64,000 nt of DNA, from assembly GCA_021432655.1 (NCBI GenBank), contig MU271375.1, positions 1 to 64,000 of the forward strand, read 5' to 3'. This stretch comes from Atractiella rhizophila. Taxonomy: Eukaryota. A program made the position numbers and the translations under genes. Below the pieces are notes generated by a model. That model was given only the letters and a program-made list of their open reading frames with translations, was not told the origin of the DNA and did not search any database. This document shows, piece after piece, positions 22,668-36,230 of this stretch. Within the stretch, counting starts at the first letter, position 1; each line of letters starts with the position of its first letter.

Positions 22668-23571
22668 ATGGTCGCGACTACGTCTTCTTTCAAGTGAGCA
22701 CTTTCATTGCACTTGTTCTTTTGACCAAGACTGTTTTGATCTAGCTCACGCCCCCTAAGCCCTCGAGATCCAAATCTTCAGACGGACACTGCGTCAAGTT
22801 CTGGCTCAAAAGGCTTCGGGACAGGAACAGCTGTTGGTATTGGTGTGTAATCTCATACCTGTTGGGTCTATCTGATTTTGAGGATTTACAGCCGTTGGAC
22901 TTTCCCTGTCTGTCACATTGATCGCGTTAATCATCCTCCTCTCGCGATACCGACGAGTAAAGGCATCTCTCGCTGCCGCCCGTGCCAATCTGCCTTCCAC
23001 AGAACAAAAGTACGAACGAGTATCTGTCGAGGCGCCACTCGACCTTCCACCTCCAATACGGCAGACCAGCAACTCTCGATCTGGCAGTCCTATGTCTTAC
23101 CGTTATTTGACCAATGCCCGACTGTACATATCTCGTTCGATCCGCTCGGGGACGACGCGCACCACTCGGGGCTCTCATCCAATACCTGTCGCCCAAAACT
23201 CCTTATCTACGACTGACGCACACTCGCTACGACGATCAACTCTTGAAGACGATCAACGAGATTTCCGACATCCCGTTATTCAACTCATCACTCCTACTCC
23301 TTCCACACCTCATGCACCAGCTTTTCCAACATATCAGACCTACGTCGATCCTTGGCACCAGGACACTGGACCCTCAAAGAGTGGCTTTGCTCTAGAATCA
23401 GTCCCCCTCATGGACGAAGAAGTTCTGCATTCGTCAAAGTCAAGTCGAGCGTCTGGTTCGAGCATGACATACGTTGCGGAGCCTCTTTCAGAGCCCTACG
23501 ACGTCGATCGACCGGGAGAGGATAAGCCAGACCGATACATGAGCTTCCACGGGAGTTATCATGCCGTATGA
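22668..23571 (+). CDS. Hypothetical single-pass membrane protein
   Basis: Spliced MVATTSSF|..GTGTAV|AVGLSLSVTLIALIILLSRYRR (TM helix plus basic stop-transfer) followed by a disordered tail; start codon uncertain. Confidence 0.55.
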
Positions 23572-23772
23572 ATGTTTTTGTTTGTGACGTTCAAACTGTG
23601 TGTCAGTTCAGTGCAACCCATACCTAGAAGGCTCTTCAAGAATGGACATGATTGGTAACGCATCGCAATCTTCATTTTATATTCATGACGGGTTGAGATG
23701 ATGTACAAAACACGGTATCATTGCGTTCTGTAATATTACATGCATCATTCGCTTTCGGTAGCATTAAACAAA

Positions 23773-25943
23773 CTAGAATCTGACAGCCTCAGCTTTCCCC
23801 ACGTTCTCAAGGTCGACTTTGTGACCTAAAAGTTCCCTGATATTGCTGATCCCATAACGAATCATGGTGGGTCGCTCCAAACTCAACCCCCAACCGTGCA
23901 CCCGAACCCCTGGAGGGAATCCCATGGGTTCCAACATTTCTGGTCGGAAGACACCAGAGTTTCCAATCTCGACCCATTTTTTCAAACCTTGGTGGTATGA
24001 GTACATCTCCATCGATGGCTCTGTGTACGGGTTGTAGGTCATTTTGAATCGTAAGTCCGTCACGCCCATCTTTGCGAAGAAAACTTCCATGAAACCTTAC
24101 AAAAGATATGTCAGCACTAGCCAGCGAAAGTCTAAGACCTGCGTACCTATGAGGTCTCCAAGCGTGAGATTATAATCAGCAACGACTCCTTCGATCTGAT
24201 GAAATTCCGCAAGATGCGTCGCGTCAACAGCTTCATTCCGGAACACACGATCGATGCTGAACATTTTTGCCGGCTTGAAGCCTCCTGGTTGATTCGCAAG
24301 CTCGTAAAGCATCCTACTCGAGATGGCGGTTGTGTGAGTACGGAGAACGAGTCTTTTCGTTTCTTCGATTGAAAAAGGTGCACGGTAGCCTATCGATCCA
24401 TATCCTCCCACCTCGTGCACCTCTTTCACACGCTTTAAGTATTCAGCGGGAAGGCCGTCGTCCGTTGCTGCAGAAGGGGAGGAGACGTAGAAGGTGTCTT
24501 GAGCTTCTCGTGCCGGGTGTTGTTGCGGTACGAAGAGGGTGTCGAAGCACCAGAAGGCAGATTCGATAAATCTGTTGGTCGGCATCTCTTGGAAACTAGA
24601 CGGTGTAAGCATCAGAGCGGATACATTAGGAGGCCACACACCCCATCTCGAAAAAGATATTCCGGAATTCTTCTCGTACTTTCATCAGCGGATGAAGAGC
24701 TCCTGACGCCGGAACAACGCCTTCGGCTTCGAAGTTGAACTTTTTAAAATTTGCTGTCTTCCATGCTCCACTGAATAAATATAGTCTCAACATACAACAT
24801 GTTGCGATTTTTAGAGAAAGGGGACTCACGATGCCAATAGCTCCATTGTGACATCGGTTTCTAGGGCCTCTATAGTTGTAGAAAACTTCTCCCCCTTCTT
24901 GATCTCGAAATGCAACAGCTTCCTGCCCTACCGATCAGCAATCAACAGCAATGGGAAGAAAAAATGCCGAACTTCTTCTCGCAAAGCTTCCGTTTTCGAT
25001 AATCAGCCATAACCTTGGCGTCTAAAGTCTTTCCTCCTTTAATCGCCGCCATATGTTCCTTAGTCTCATCAACGACCGATTCAACCTGTTCTGAATGCTC
25101 TGAATCATCCTTGATCGAAGATTGAACAACGCACTTTCTTTGTGAACCCCTGTCCTGCCTTTTGAATCCAACCATTCTTGAACGCCTTTCCCTGTCCGAT
25201 TTTCGCGCTTTCCGCTCCTACCGCTTGAGAAAGTTGAGACATGGTAAGTGGCTCTGATGAACCAGCGGGAGGGAGAGCGCAGAAGACACGGTACTCGTGC
25301 GAACCGCTGCTGGCGAGCGAGAGACCTTCGGCGGTAAGAACATCGATTTCGGTTGTGTGTGCGGTGTAGGTTATCATCTGTAACCCATTCAAGTCAGTTT
25401 CCAATTCCAATTATGTGCCGCAGTCTTCCCTGTTCAGTTTAAGTATACGAAATGCTTTGAAAACTTTCGAAGAAAATGCTTCGTGAATCGAATATATTTC
25501 CGAGGGTGAATTAGATAGCAGACTTGCGGCGTACTACGCAATATTACATGTCAAATGAGAATGCTCAAGATGTATGTCACGCTGAATCAACAAGAGACTA
25601 CATCAGGCAGCCGGCAGACTCAATCTGATAGCTACAGCTACAAACGCTTTTCATGTTCGCATGGAGGACTTTAAGTAATGCGAAGCACATCCCAGTTCCA
25701 AAGATGACAGATGCTCACCTCTTTGCTTTTCAAGCTATCTAACGCAGATTTGAGAGCCAGTATGTCGTCTCCATCACCACCCAGCCCATGCTTGACAGCA
25801 TAAGCCGCCCCATTTTCATCTTTCAGGACCAAATCTCTCGAATCCTTGACTTCACCATTCTCGTCAAGATGCTTGAGCAAGAGAGTCTGGAGAGTGTTGG
25901 CTTGTAAGGAGGAGATCGATGGAGCTGTTGACTCCGAAGACAT
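23773..25943 (-). CDS. FRS2: Phenylalanyl-tRNA synthetase alpha subunit (cytoplasmic)
   Basis: [87 protein letters not shown]. Confidence 0.97.
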
Positions 25944-26070
25944 GCTTGGAACAATCTAGCCAAAGCTTTTATGCCGTGCTTTCGTCGTTTTGCCTCTTGC
26001 AGGATCTCGATCGACGACTCAGAGAAGGAAATATGGAATCAGGTGCTTCATTTTGGCAGCCAAAGTATAA

Positions 26071-27852
26071 CACCCGGTCGTCATTCTCACTCGGGAAAGA
26101 ACGACCACTTCGATTCTCTGTACACAGACTGCAGCATCTTCCCAGTACATCCAACGCACCAATACGCATAAAGCTCTTACCCATCTCTATCCCCTAGCCA
26201 GCTCCCTTTCCCGTCGAAGCCAGGTAGCACGATGTCTAAGTTCCTGGGGAAGATGTCCACCAGCGTGGCGCACACGAGCAAGATGCCAATGCTGGGTCCA
26301 AAGGACTTGAGGCTGCTGGGCAACATAATCAATACAGAAAAGGGCGTGATGACTTCGTACGTTTTTATTCTTTGCGAGTCAGGGACATGCGATTCCGTTC
26401 CTCCAGAGAGGAGCTTGGGCTTCCAAAGTATAATTTGAAGCTTCACAGAGGAATTGCGTCTGCCCTTTGCATTGCAAGGCTAAACATGCAAATGTCTGAA
26501 TAGTTACTCGCTACTTAATAAGAACTCTATCTGATAATGCCTTGCTTTCCAACCAGCATGTCAACTCTTTCTGCCGAAACGCATAAAGCAGCAGAAGCGC
26601 TCAGAGTCTGGGGCAAAATTGAAGGAGACGATCTAGGAGTAAGTGTTGCAAGTTTTCCATTCACAGCAGACTTATGCCTGTCTGTAGGACGTCCTAGGGA
26701 AGATTACGATCTTACTTGACCAGCTCTCTACAGCGGAGAATAAATACGCTGAGCATAACGCTACTTACCGGTTTGTTCTTCATATTTTGCGATTGAAAGA
26801 AAGTTGAATTGCGATCGGTTTGTTCGTAGACAATATTTCAAGGCCGTACGAACCCGCGAAGAGGCGCTGGTGCAGCTAAAGAAGACAAAGGAAAGCGTTG
26901 CGGCTCGGATCGAAGCATTGGAGAAGAAGCTGTCGAAGATGAATCCAGAACACAAAGACGCACCCGGTCGTCATTCTCACTCGGGAAAGAACGACCACTT
27001 CGATTCTCTGTACACAGACTGCAGCATCTTCCCAGTACATCCAACGCACCAATACGCATAAAGCTCTTACCCATCTCTATCCGCTAACCAGCTCTCTGTC
27101 CCGTCGAAGCCAGGTAGCACGATGTCCAAGTTCCTGGGGAAGATGTCCACCAGCGTGGCGCATACGAGCAAGATGCCAATGCTGGGTCCAAAGGACTTGA
27201 GGCTTCTAGGGAACATAATTAATACAGAAAAGGGTGTGATGACTTCGTGCGTTTATTCTTTGCAACTCAGGGGACATGCGATTTGCTCCCTCCTGAGAAG
27301 AGCTTAGGCTTCCAAAGTGCATTTTTGAAGCTTCACAGAGGAATTGCGTTTGCCCTTTGCATTGCAAGGCTAAACATGCAAATGTCTGAATAGTTGCTCG
27401 CTACTTAATAAGAACTCTATCTGATAATGCCTTGCTCTCCAACCAGCATGTCAACTCTTTCTGCTGAGACGCATAAAGCAGCAGAAGCGCTCAGAGTCTG
27501 GGGGAAAATCGAAGGAGACGATCTAGGAGTAAGTGCTGCAAAGTTTTCCGTATTACACTAGACTTATGCCTGTCTGTAGGACGTTTTGGGAAAGATCACA
27601 ATCTTACTCGACCAGCTCTCGACGGCGGAGAATAAATACGCTGAGCATAACGCCACTTATCGGTTTGTTCTTCATATTTTGCGATTGAAAGAAAATTGAA
27701 TTGCGATCGGTTTGTTCGTAGACAATATTTCAAGGCCGTACGAACCCGCGAAGAGGCGCTGGTGCAGCTAAAGAAGACAAAGGAAAGCGTTGCGGCTCGG
27801 ATCGAAGCATTGGAGAAGAAGCTGTCGAAGATGAATCCAGAACACAAAGACG
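26071..27852. repeat. Direct tandem duplication, 2 x ~890 bp (26071-26960, 26961-27852)
   Basis: Both copies begin cacccggtcgtcattctcac and end ...gaacacaaagacg; SNPs and indels are in the middle. Confidence 0.97.
26232..27061 (+). pseudogene. Truncated 5' copy of the Pil1-like gene produced by the duplication
   Basis: Same first exons as the 27122 gene; the frame runs into duplicated 5' UTR and stops at 27061. Confidence 0.7.
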
Positions 27853-29588
27853 CGCCGGGTCTTCATGTGAAACTGCGAGAGACGCGCTCCGAGTTGTCTG
27901 GACTCGATTTCGCAGTGATGAATGAAGAGGCGCGCTTGGGTGATTTCAAGCGAGACACCACGAGGGAAGCGATGGGACTGAAACTCGGAGCACTCCTCGA
28001 GATGTCAGAGAAGTCGACAATCATCGCTGAGCTGGGAAAATTGCTCTTGGAGGAGATACCAAGGGATAGGACAGAACCTGGGAACCCAAGGGTACTTTAT
28101 AGGGGCTGGACGAGGACCGACGAGATATTGGACGAGGCTAAAAGGTGTTTACAAGAGGTGGTCTTCAATCCAAGTCCCGGTGGAACGATTGGAGGAGGAG
28201 TACCGCCGTTAAATCGAGAAGAATCGCCTGCTGGAGGAAGGGATACTGCACTTGCGACTGAAAATCAGGAGAATGGACATCATCCCGAACCTACGAATGC
28301 AACCTCGGATTGGGAAATGGTCTCCAAGCATCAACAACTCCCTTCTTCCATTTCATACGCTCCTCCTCCCCAGCCGCAAGGGAATCAGGACGTCTATGAG
28401 AATCATCACATGAGCATTTACGGCGGGCTCAACTCTGATCCTTATACTCATCAGGACTATTCCGCTCCACCCGTACCTCCGCTTCCTTCTGGCAATCAGT
28501 ACGCGCCGCCCTCTCATCCACCTCCACCACCAGCAGCCCCTCAGTCGGGCCAAGGAATACACCGTGAGTCCACGTACGGCAGTGGCCCTACCGACCTGCC
28601 CTACAGTCGGCCAACTGGGATCGAAGGATACAATCCGGATCTCGACTCTCAGTATCCACAGTTTCGCAAATCAGAAGAACAGACCCAGCCTCAGCGACCA
28701 TATGCACCACGCCATCCCGCAGCCCCCCTCCCAGAGCAAGAATCTTTCCACACTCCTCCTACTCAACCTCCACAATCCCCGAATTCTCCAATCCCTCCAT
28801 CCCCGCGGTTCAACAACCGTCGAGACTCTGCGCTGGGGTCGAAGTATGGCTACGATATGTCCACTGCGCCAGCTCCTAACGATTATAGATCGATGACGTA
28901 TGACACGTATTCTACTCCTCGTGCAGAGATGGGATACAATCCGGCGGGATATGCACGTCCTGGTGAAGCTGCTTCCTTGGGTGTTGGAGAAGGACGAAAA
29001 ATGCCGGCTAGCGCGTTCATGAGGAAAGTTAGCAGCCCCGTCTACAGCTCCCCTAACCCTGCACCGTCGGGAAGTTCGGGACCAACACCTGCTGAGAGAA
29101 TCAGGGAGGAATGGAGGCGTACGTCCCATAGCGGACCTATTCCGGGTTTCAATTCCCAGATAGATACAACTCTGCCTCCGATCGTGACCACTGCTGACGG
29201 AGAGGTGGTGGAGTCGCCTTCCACCGCCCCGCTACAAATCAGGAAGAAAGACTCTTCGTTGCCATGTCAGTCTGCCTGATTCCCGCCAATGTGCCAGCTT
29301 CGCTAACTACTTTCACAGTGCTTCCTATTGATGCCCCAGATGAGGCACGGAGTTACCATTCTGGTGCAACTTGTATATTCTACTCATTCATAACGCATAC
29401 AATGCTAATCGAAGTGAACAGCTCCTCGCATTCGCACTTCTAATGATCTACCAGCCCTTCCACCTTACCCCGCGTCTTCTAACGGTCACGGCAGTGATTA
29501 CCAATCTCAGCGTCCACAGCAGGTGTACTCCACTCCCGAACCTCCAACCTCCCCGTTAAGGATCGTTCCTGTCACTCGCCTGGATTAA
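27122..29588 (+). CDS. Eisosome Pil1/Lsp1-domain (BAR) protein with a Pro-rich tail
   Basis: VAHTSKMPMLGPKDLRLLGNIINTEKGV, KAAEALRVWGKIEGDDLG|DVLGK, RQYFKAVRTREE, EEARLGDFKR; last exons inferred, stop at 29586-29588. Confidence 0.75.
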
Positions 29589-30011
29589 ACTTTCGCCCTC
29601 GGGTTTTGATTGTTGGACCATTTCTGTGTGTCTATATCTTCTCTTGGCGAATGGGCCTTGTTTCGTAACCTAAATGTTCTTGACTAGCAACAAATGAAGA
29701 TAATATGGGAATTGTATGTATACTGTGCCGTACGGGATTAATTGTGATCGCGTTCGCGGAACTTGAAGGGAGTACAAGAAAGGGGGGTATTCTCGTCGGT
29801 GAAGGACAACTAGGCAAGTTCACCTTAGGAAAAAGCATGTCAGGTAGAAAAATAGAACATAGGGATACAACAAAGACAGGCTATCAGCAACTTAGAAAAA
29901 CAACATGGTGGAATCGACTACTAGTTGAGAGCAGCAGAAAATTGATCTTGCTCTGCTAACCTATCTTGTAATACTTTTTCGTGCGCGATGTTATACAGGT
30001 CTAAACGCTTG

Positions 30012-32935
30012 TCAATTCTGACGCAAATGTGATGCGGTTAACTCACGTTGCCTGGCAGCCTTTTCAGCTTCGCCAGAATTTTGGTATATTTCTGTGCAAC
30101 TAATCAGAAATGTTTGGCGTGTCGAGAACGACAAACCGAGCAGCTTCTCTCCCACCCATAACCCGCAAGCAGGATTTCCCACCACTTCTTCTCCCACCAC
30201 ATCGGATCCTCCTTTCAAAATGTCAGCAACAGGAGGAACGCTGCAACCCATGCTTCGACTGATGAAGTATGCCTGATCACAAGTTGAGCACAAATGTTTG
30301 CATGTCAGGAGCAGGAGGCTTACGGAATGAAGCATCTACAACGACATGATCAGCAGCTTCAACGTTACTCCGAAATGAAAGACGCACTTTGTTCGCTTGA
30401 TCTTCTCTGGTATGCAGGAACAAGCTAGCAAGGAGTGACAGAATCATGGCACGAAGGTGGTTGTTTATGACAGACCCCGAATACAAAAGTGCTTCGTTCA
30501 GATGGATCCTGTCGCAGGCTCAGTACGCACAAGCTAAGAGGGCTGTCACCTACTTCGCTTTTACAATCTCCCCATTAATGAGTGCGAGGAGGAAATTTCC
30601 CAGGAGCTTCATATGCGCAACTCCCGTTTTGCACCTGTCAATACACTCTCTCGCAAGAAGGTCGAGTGAAGCGTCACTGCTCATGGATCCACGACGGCTA
30701 TCCTTACTGCCGTTAATATTGATTGTGACGCCTTGACCGAACTTTAAGACGAGAAGGGAGATACTGTAGCTAGTTCAGAATGCATGAAGGAGAGAAACGG
30801 ATTAAACTCACTTCGCGAGTAAAGCGATTTCTCCACGATCTATGGTGGACCCCTCGTACGATCCTGCCTTGGTCGGTGCACGTTCACACATCCATTTAAC
30901 GACTGTATAGCAATCTTCTGCTCTCTTCCATTTACCGGTTCCATGACTGATTGTGCCTTCCGCCAAAGTGAACCGAATCGAGAACTCGTCAAAGAGATTA
31001 TAATCGTTCGCAAACGCAATCAAATCAATGAGTAACTGCGTCCATGGTGAGAAGACAGGATGGGACAAGAACTGGGACAAACCTGATGGGCGGAAGAGAA
31101 AGACGACCGCATCACGTTCAATTCTACACCGAGCAGCCCCAGGTCGAGTTTGATACGTGCAAACTCTGTCAGACTCTGCCGCACCTGACTGAGATTGATG
31201 AAGGGAGAGATCATTTTGTCCACTACTTTGGCTTCAGCATAATGACTGAGAGGATAATTGAGATGAATACGCTTTCCGGATCCCATCAGCTTATCCGTCA
31301 AGCTTTTCATTCCTCCTTGAAAGTATAATTTGGACTGTGGCTTTGCTCCAAACGCATCTCTAACAGCGCAATCACTCAGGTGGAAAATTAGTAAAGAAAG
31401 ATCGTACCGGTGAACAACGGCGCTGATGAGGAACCCGAGCGAATACATCCCACCGTTAGGAATAACCGCCACATTGACCGTATCTTCCTCCACCCCTGCT
31501 CCTTTGACAGGTGACCCATTCCTGATCGTGGGGTTAATTCGGATCCGCACGACGCCATCGACTTCCTCTAGCCCCTCCTCATCCAACATTTGATGCACGT
31601 CCTTCAAACGCTCCTTCGCAAGCTTCGTATTCCCCACCCTTGAATGAAAAACGCAATACAAGATGAGAAACTGGAGCCTAAGTTGTCGATTCGCGATGCC
31701 CGCTGGATTATGCGAAGTAGGTGCGGCAGGAGGAGGAAGGGCCGCCTGGGAAGGTGCAGCTCGCATTTTACTCGTTGTGGGTGGTGGCTCGTTTGGAATG
31801 CCTACGAGCTTTGAAAGGGCGTCAATCTCTTCGGCTGCCGCTTCCCAACGTCCAGAACACATTTTTAGGCGCAGCGTGAGCAACTTCACAGCTTGCACCA
31901 TCTCCTCATCCTGGCGACGTTCTGCTAACTCGTGCGCAGCTTTGAGAGAGGATAGTGAGGAGACGTAGTCTGAAAATGGAGGCATGGAGTGGAGGGTTGA
32001 GAGTAAGAGGTAGAAGTGGTATATTGGAGCGTGAGAGGATGGTATTCGTTGTCTGTAGAAACTGTGAGCGCAGAACGAAGGTGAACCTGCTGGACGTACG
32101 ATGTTAAATCTGCAAGGCATTGCTTACAACGTTCTTTTGCAAATTTCGTATTTCCTTTTTGGACAGAATTCTCGATTTGAAGGATTTCTAGCTGCCACCG
32201 ATAACTTGCGAACCGCGAATGCGTTCGAGCAAGGGAGAGCTGAAAGACTAGGGGTCAGTATTTCTCTCAGAGCAGTCAACTTGCAAAATATCTTTCCTCA
32301 GTTCCGTTGTTAATAACCATGAACTTTGAGGCGGATCATTTGCGTTGGAATATTTGGTGAGAGAGCCAATGCTCTGCACAATCCCAATTGCTTAAAGTAA
32401 GAGCACGTACTCCTTTACCAATAACGTGTTCTGCCTCCTCTACTCCTCCACCAACACCAAGCACAAGCACTTCAGCTAACCGCACTCTTGCTTCCAGCTG
32501 TTCCCTTTCTTCCTTCGCAATGTCCACCGCTCTCTTCGCGCAGCGCTCTGCAGCCCACAACAAAAGCGAATAGCTATCCAGCGCTTTCCTATGGTTCTCC
32601 AGACTCGCTTGATTCGGTGGAAAAGAAAGATAAGCAACCAATCCCGACGCGGAGCGATGGTAGGACTGTGAGAGTCCGATGAGCAGGGCTGGTGTCGTCG
32701 GGACGGAAGAAGACGGCGGAGGAGTGGGAAGAGACGACATCTCCATAGGCTGGATATAAGATCGCGGGGTGCTAAATTGCTGAGGTGTTGAGCTAGTTGA
32801 GATTGGCGAGGACGCGTTCCCAATGTTCAACTTGTCACTTTGCAAGACGCGTGCAGCTTTTGGTGGTGATCCACCGAGACCCCATGAAGTCGGAGCGGTG
32901 CGTTTCAGCCCATTAGGAGTCGACTGTCGATCCAT
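30012..32935 (-). CDS. Cohesin loader subunit Scc4/MAU2-like (TPR-type)
   Basis: LLIGLSQSY..YSLLLWAAERC..EARVRLAEVLV..EEAEHVIGKG and C-terminal GNPACGLWVGEKLL|EIY resemble fungal cohesin-loading-factor proteins. Confidence 0.6.
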
Positions 32936-34395
32936 GCCAAAGAGCGTCACGGCACTTGTAATGATATGGTGAGGCTCTATGGTGACCCGGGTGGGGACTT
33001 GCCAGGATAAAGTCAAATTGATTATTGGAATGCGAACCTTAATGTAGGGTAGTGACGATGCTCACGTGGTTGTTATTGTAAACACAACAAATTCTCAAAT
33101 CCATCAATCGATGTCTGGCTCTTTCCAGCGAATTTGGTACAGAAAGTACAATACATGTTTTCTCGATGGCCGTGTCCAGTTTTCCAAGTTCCTGTGCATC
33201 GTGAGATCGTTTTATTCAAACAATTCAATCTTACAGCAACATTGCCGTTTACGAATCACCATCGCAGCCAACAACAGCTTCCTGGTTCATCTCTATCACG
33301 GGTTGATACCTGAATCTGGCTAGAATTCTCCCGCTTGGAGAGTTGGAGTTCTGAGCAAGTCCCTGCGTTCAATCGCCTTAACACTACTGCAGCCTGGGAT
33401 TTTCACTTGAATCGACGTACCTTACTCGGAACCGTCAGATCTCCTCATCACGAAGCTGGTTGTCACAGAGGGAAGACCCAGAATGCCTTTCAATTCAGAA
33501 CGCCATGCCCAAAGGAAAAGATAGCACCATGAGTTTCATATTCTCATCAACCTTTCCTCCAGCACAATGGAATCGCGCCTCAGATCGATTAGCGTCCTCC
33601 AAACAAACGCCTCTGCAGACAACCAGGCGAGACTACCTTTGTTCTGGCCGTTCTTTACGAACAAAGAAATCGGCACGTGTTCAACTTCTCCAAGCAGACA
33701 TGTCCTTCCCTGCGTTTGGATTTTTCTTCACAAGGCCGAGGCAACAAATCAATATCTATCCCTTTATGATGAAGATGAATCGTGACTGAAGGTTGCACAT
33801 TGACCGTGGGCGTTGATCTGCAAACAATGTAAGTCCTCCTTAAGGGTGGAACAATGCTCTTTTTCTTTGCTTGCAGTTAGCAATTTCGGGCTCAATAAGA
33901 GCAAAAGGTGGACTGAGTATTCCTCGCGTGATAACCACGTTCAGCTTTGATCACTATTCAGGCTGAATCCAATTTCAGCAAGTTTGGACGAAGTTGATGC
34001 AAACTGTGGCAACAAAACGGACATGTTTGTATCTGCTTGAATGGCTCGCGTGGCAGTTAGTCCCAACTCCGACGCCTTTCCTTGCTTCTGAAATGGCTCC
34101 TAATTAATTATGAATAGGTCCAGGATTAAGGGAAAGGCAGCAGCCAAACAAAATAGAGTTTGAAGGGGCATGACAGAGATTAACCTTAACAGCATCCATG
34201 ATTTGTTTGGAGATGTTGGATATTGCGAGAGCTATAAATCAGCCTCCATCCATTCCACTGTCCATCACAAGCGAACAATTGCAGAAGCTAGACTTCTAGT
34301 GAAGAGCCATTCTTAGTGAACTGCCTCGCTCCATACAAGGCTATTATTCACAATCAACATCTTCCCTGTCCTTGTGCTCTCTCGACCACGAAGAC

Positions 34396-36230
34396 ATGGC
34401 ATCCAGCTCTCCACGACAGTGCGTGGTTACTTCTCCTCTTTTTGATTGCTAATGGCCGTTCTGTAGGAGATCAGCTGCTAACCCAGCATCGCCTCAAGAA
34501 ACACTGGCGCTTGTTCCTCAAACGTGTGTTGCCTTTGTCCTACCTTCAAAGGAGACAGAAAGAGCTCATTCCTCTTTCATCCAGCCAAGCCGCATACCCT
34601 CACGTTCCTCTAAGAGGTAGCCGTCAGACAGTGAAGAGGAACTACGCAGAAATTGACTTGTGCGTGCTCTCAGCGGCAACACTGAACGCTGGCTCAAGTT
34701 GCCATACAGATCAGACCTTGAAGGTCAATGCGACGAAGCAGACGAACAAAGCTTCATGCCATCCGTCGGACAGAAAAAGAGGGGAAGGCCAGCGAAGAGA
34801 GTGTGAGCAAGCTCTCCCCCTTTGTTCGAAAGAAAGCTCATTCCTTTTTAGGTCACGCAAGAGACCGACGTATACTCGCCCTGCGATTGCAAAGACGATA
34901 ACGTTCGTCCGCCTGAATGACAACTTTCAGCATACTGACGATTTTCTTATAGGCCAGTCAACGAGGAAGATTCTCCTCAAGCAAAGGAGCTCTTTAACAG
35001 CGAATTCTACGAGCACTATCGTCCTCACTGGGGCGCCAAAAAGCGAAAGAAGAACAACAACTTCCCGCTTCCAGCCGAGATCATCGACGACTCTGACGAC
35101 AAAGATGCGAAGGATGCATTACTCGCTGAGCTTTTCTCTCGCGACATCACGCATGGCTACACAGATGAAGACGAGCGTCTCGAATGCTTCCTCAAGCCCG
35201 ATAAGAAGGGAGGTGTCATGCCGAAACGACCACTTAATGTCTACTTCCTGTATAGGATGGACATAGGTTCGCTCGTTGATCGTTTCGCCCGCCTTCACAA
35301 AGAGCCGATCAAAGTCGGAGATGACCTCTTCATTCTGCTTAAGGAGTGCTGTCAACTCATCCCTCATTTCAAAGAAGGCATCTACACTGGAAACGCGAAG
35401 ACCCTGGCTTGCACGAGAAGATGGGATGAGTTGAAAGCAAAAAATCCTATGAAGCTCAAGTTCTTTGAGCTCTTGGAGCACGAGTACAAAGAACTGTATA
35501 GTCGCATGGAGAATTTTGTCGGTACGCCTTTGTTCTTCCCTAAATCCTCCTCCTGACTAAACAGGTCATAGATTATCACTACAATCCCAACAGGGAATAC
35601 ACGCCACCGCCTCAGTTGCGACGGGCAGGTCAACAATCTCCGGTCTCGATTGATTCCACTCCAGCTCGTTCTCGAGTTGATACTCCATTCGATCGTTCAT
35701 ACACGAATACTCCCTATCCTGAAGAGGAGGATGGATACGTCATTCCCACAAATCAAGGCGATGCAAACATCCCAATCGTTACCTCTGCAGGCTTCGCTCC
35801 TTCACAATTCACCTTCCAACCTCCAAGCTATGGGTACAACCATGCTGGCGGCGGCTTCTACGAAGGATCGCAATATTTTCAAAGTCAGGAAGCTGCAGCT
35901 CTGGCAACTTCTCATTATCTCGACGCCCCCACGCCGTATCTCAGCCACCTTGCCGCATACCAGTTCCCGCCTCCAGGAGCCATCTATCCATCTTATCCTA
36001 CTGCTACGAATTTCTTTGTTAATCCCGCCTCCCTTCGCGGAGATACCCCCTATTCGGGTGCAGAATTCACACCATCCCCTTCTGTCCCGCCTGAAGAATT
36101 GGCTGAGCGACCTCCAACCCCCGACATGTACGACACTAGCGTGTACGCCGACATGCGTCCTTTAGACTTCGACGAAGAAGTCGCGGGAAGGAGGAGGAGT
36201 AGCGCCATGTTCGACAGGCTGCTGAACTGA
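34396..36230 (+). CDS. HMG-box transcription factor with an AT-hook-like KKRGRP motif
   Basis: MPKRPLNVYFLYR...RRWDELK...HEYKELYSRMENFV|DYHYNPNR (sequence-specific HMG-box pattern); TATAAA at ~34233. Confidence 0.75.

Noticed and set aside
34316..35266. 316-aa ORF on the + strand
   Set aside because: It is an alternative frame running through introns; the spliced frame leading into the HMG box is the better model.
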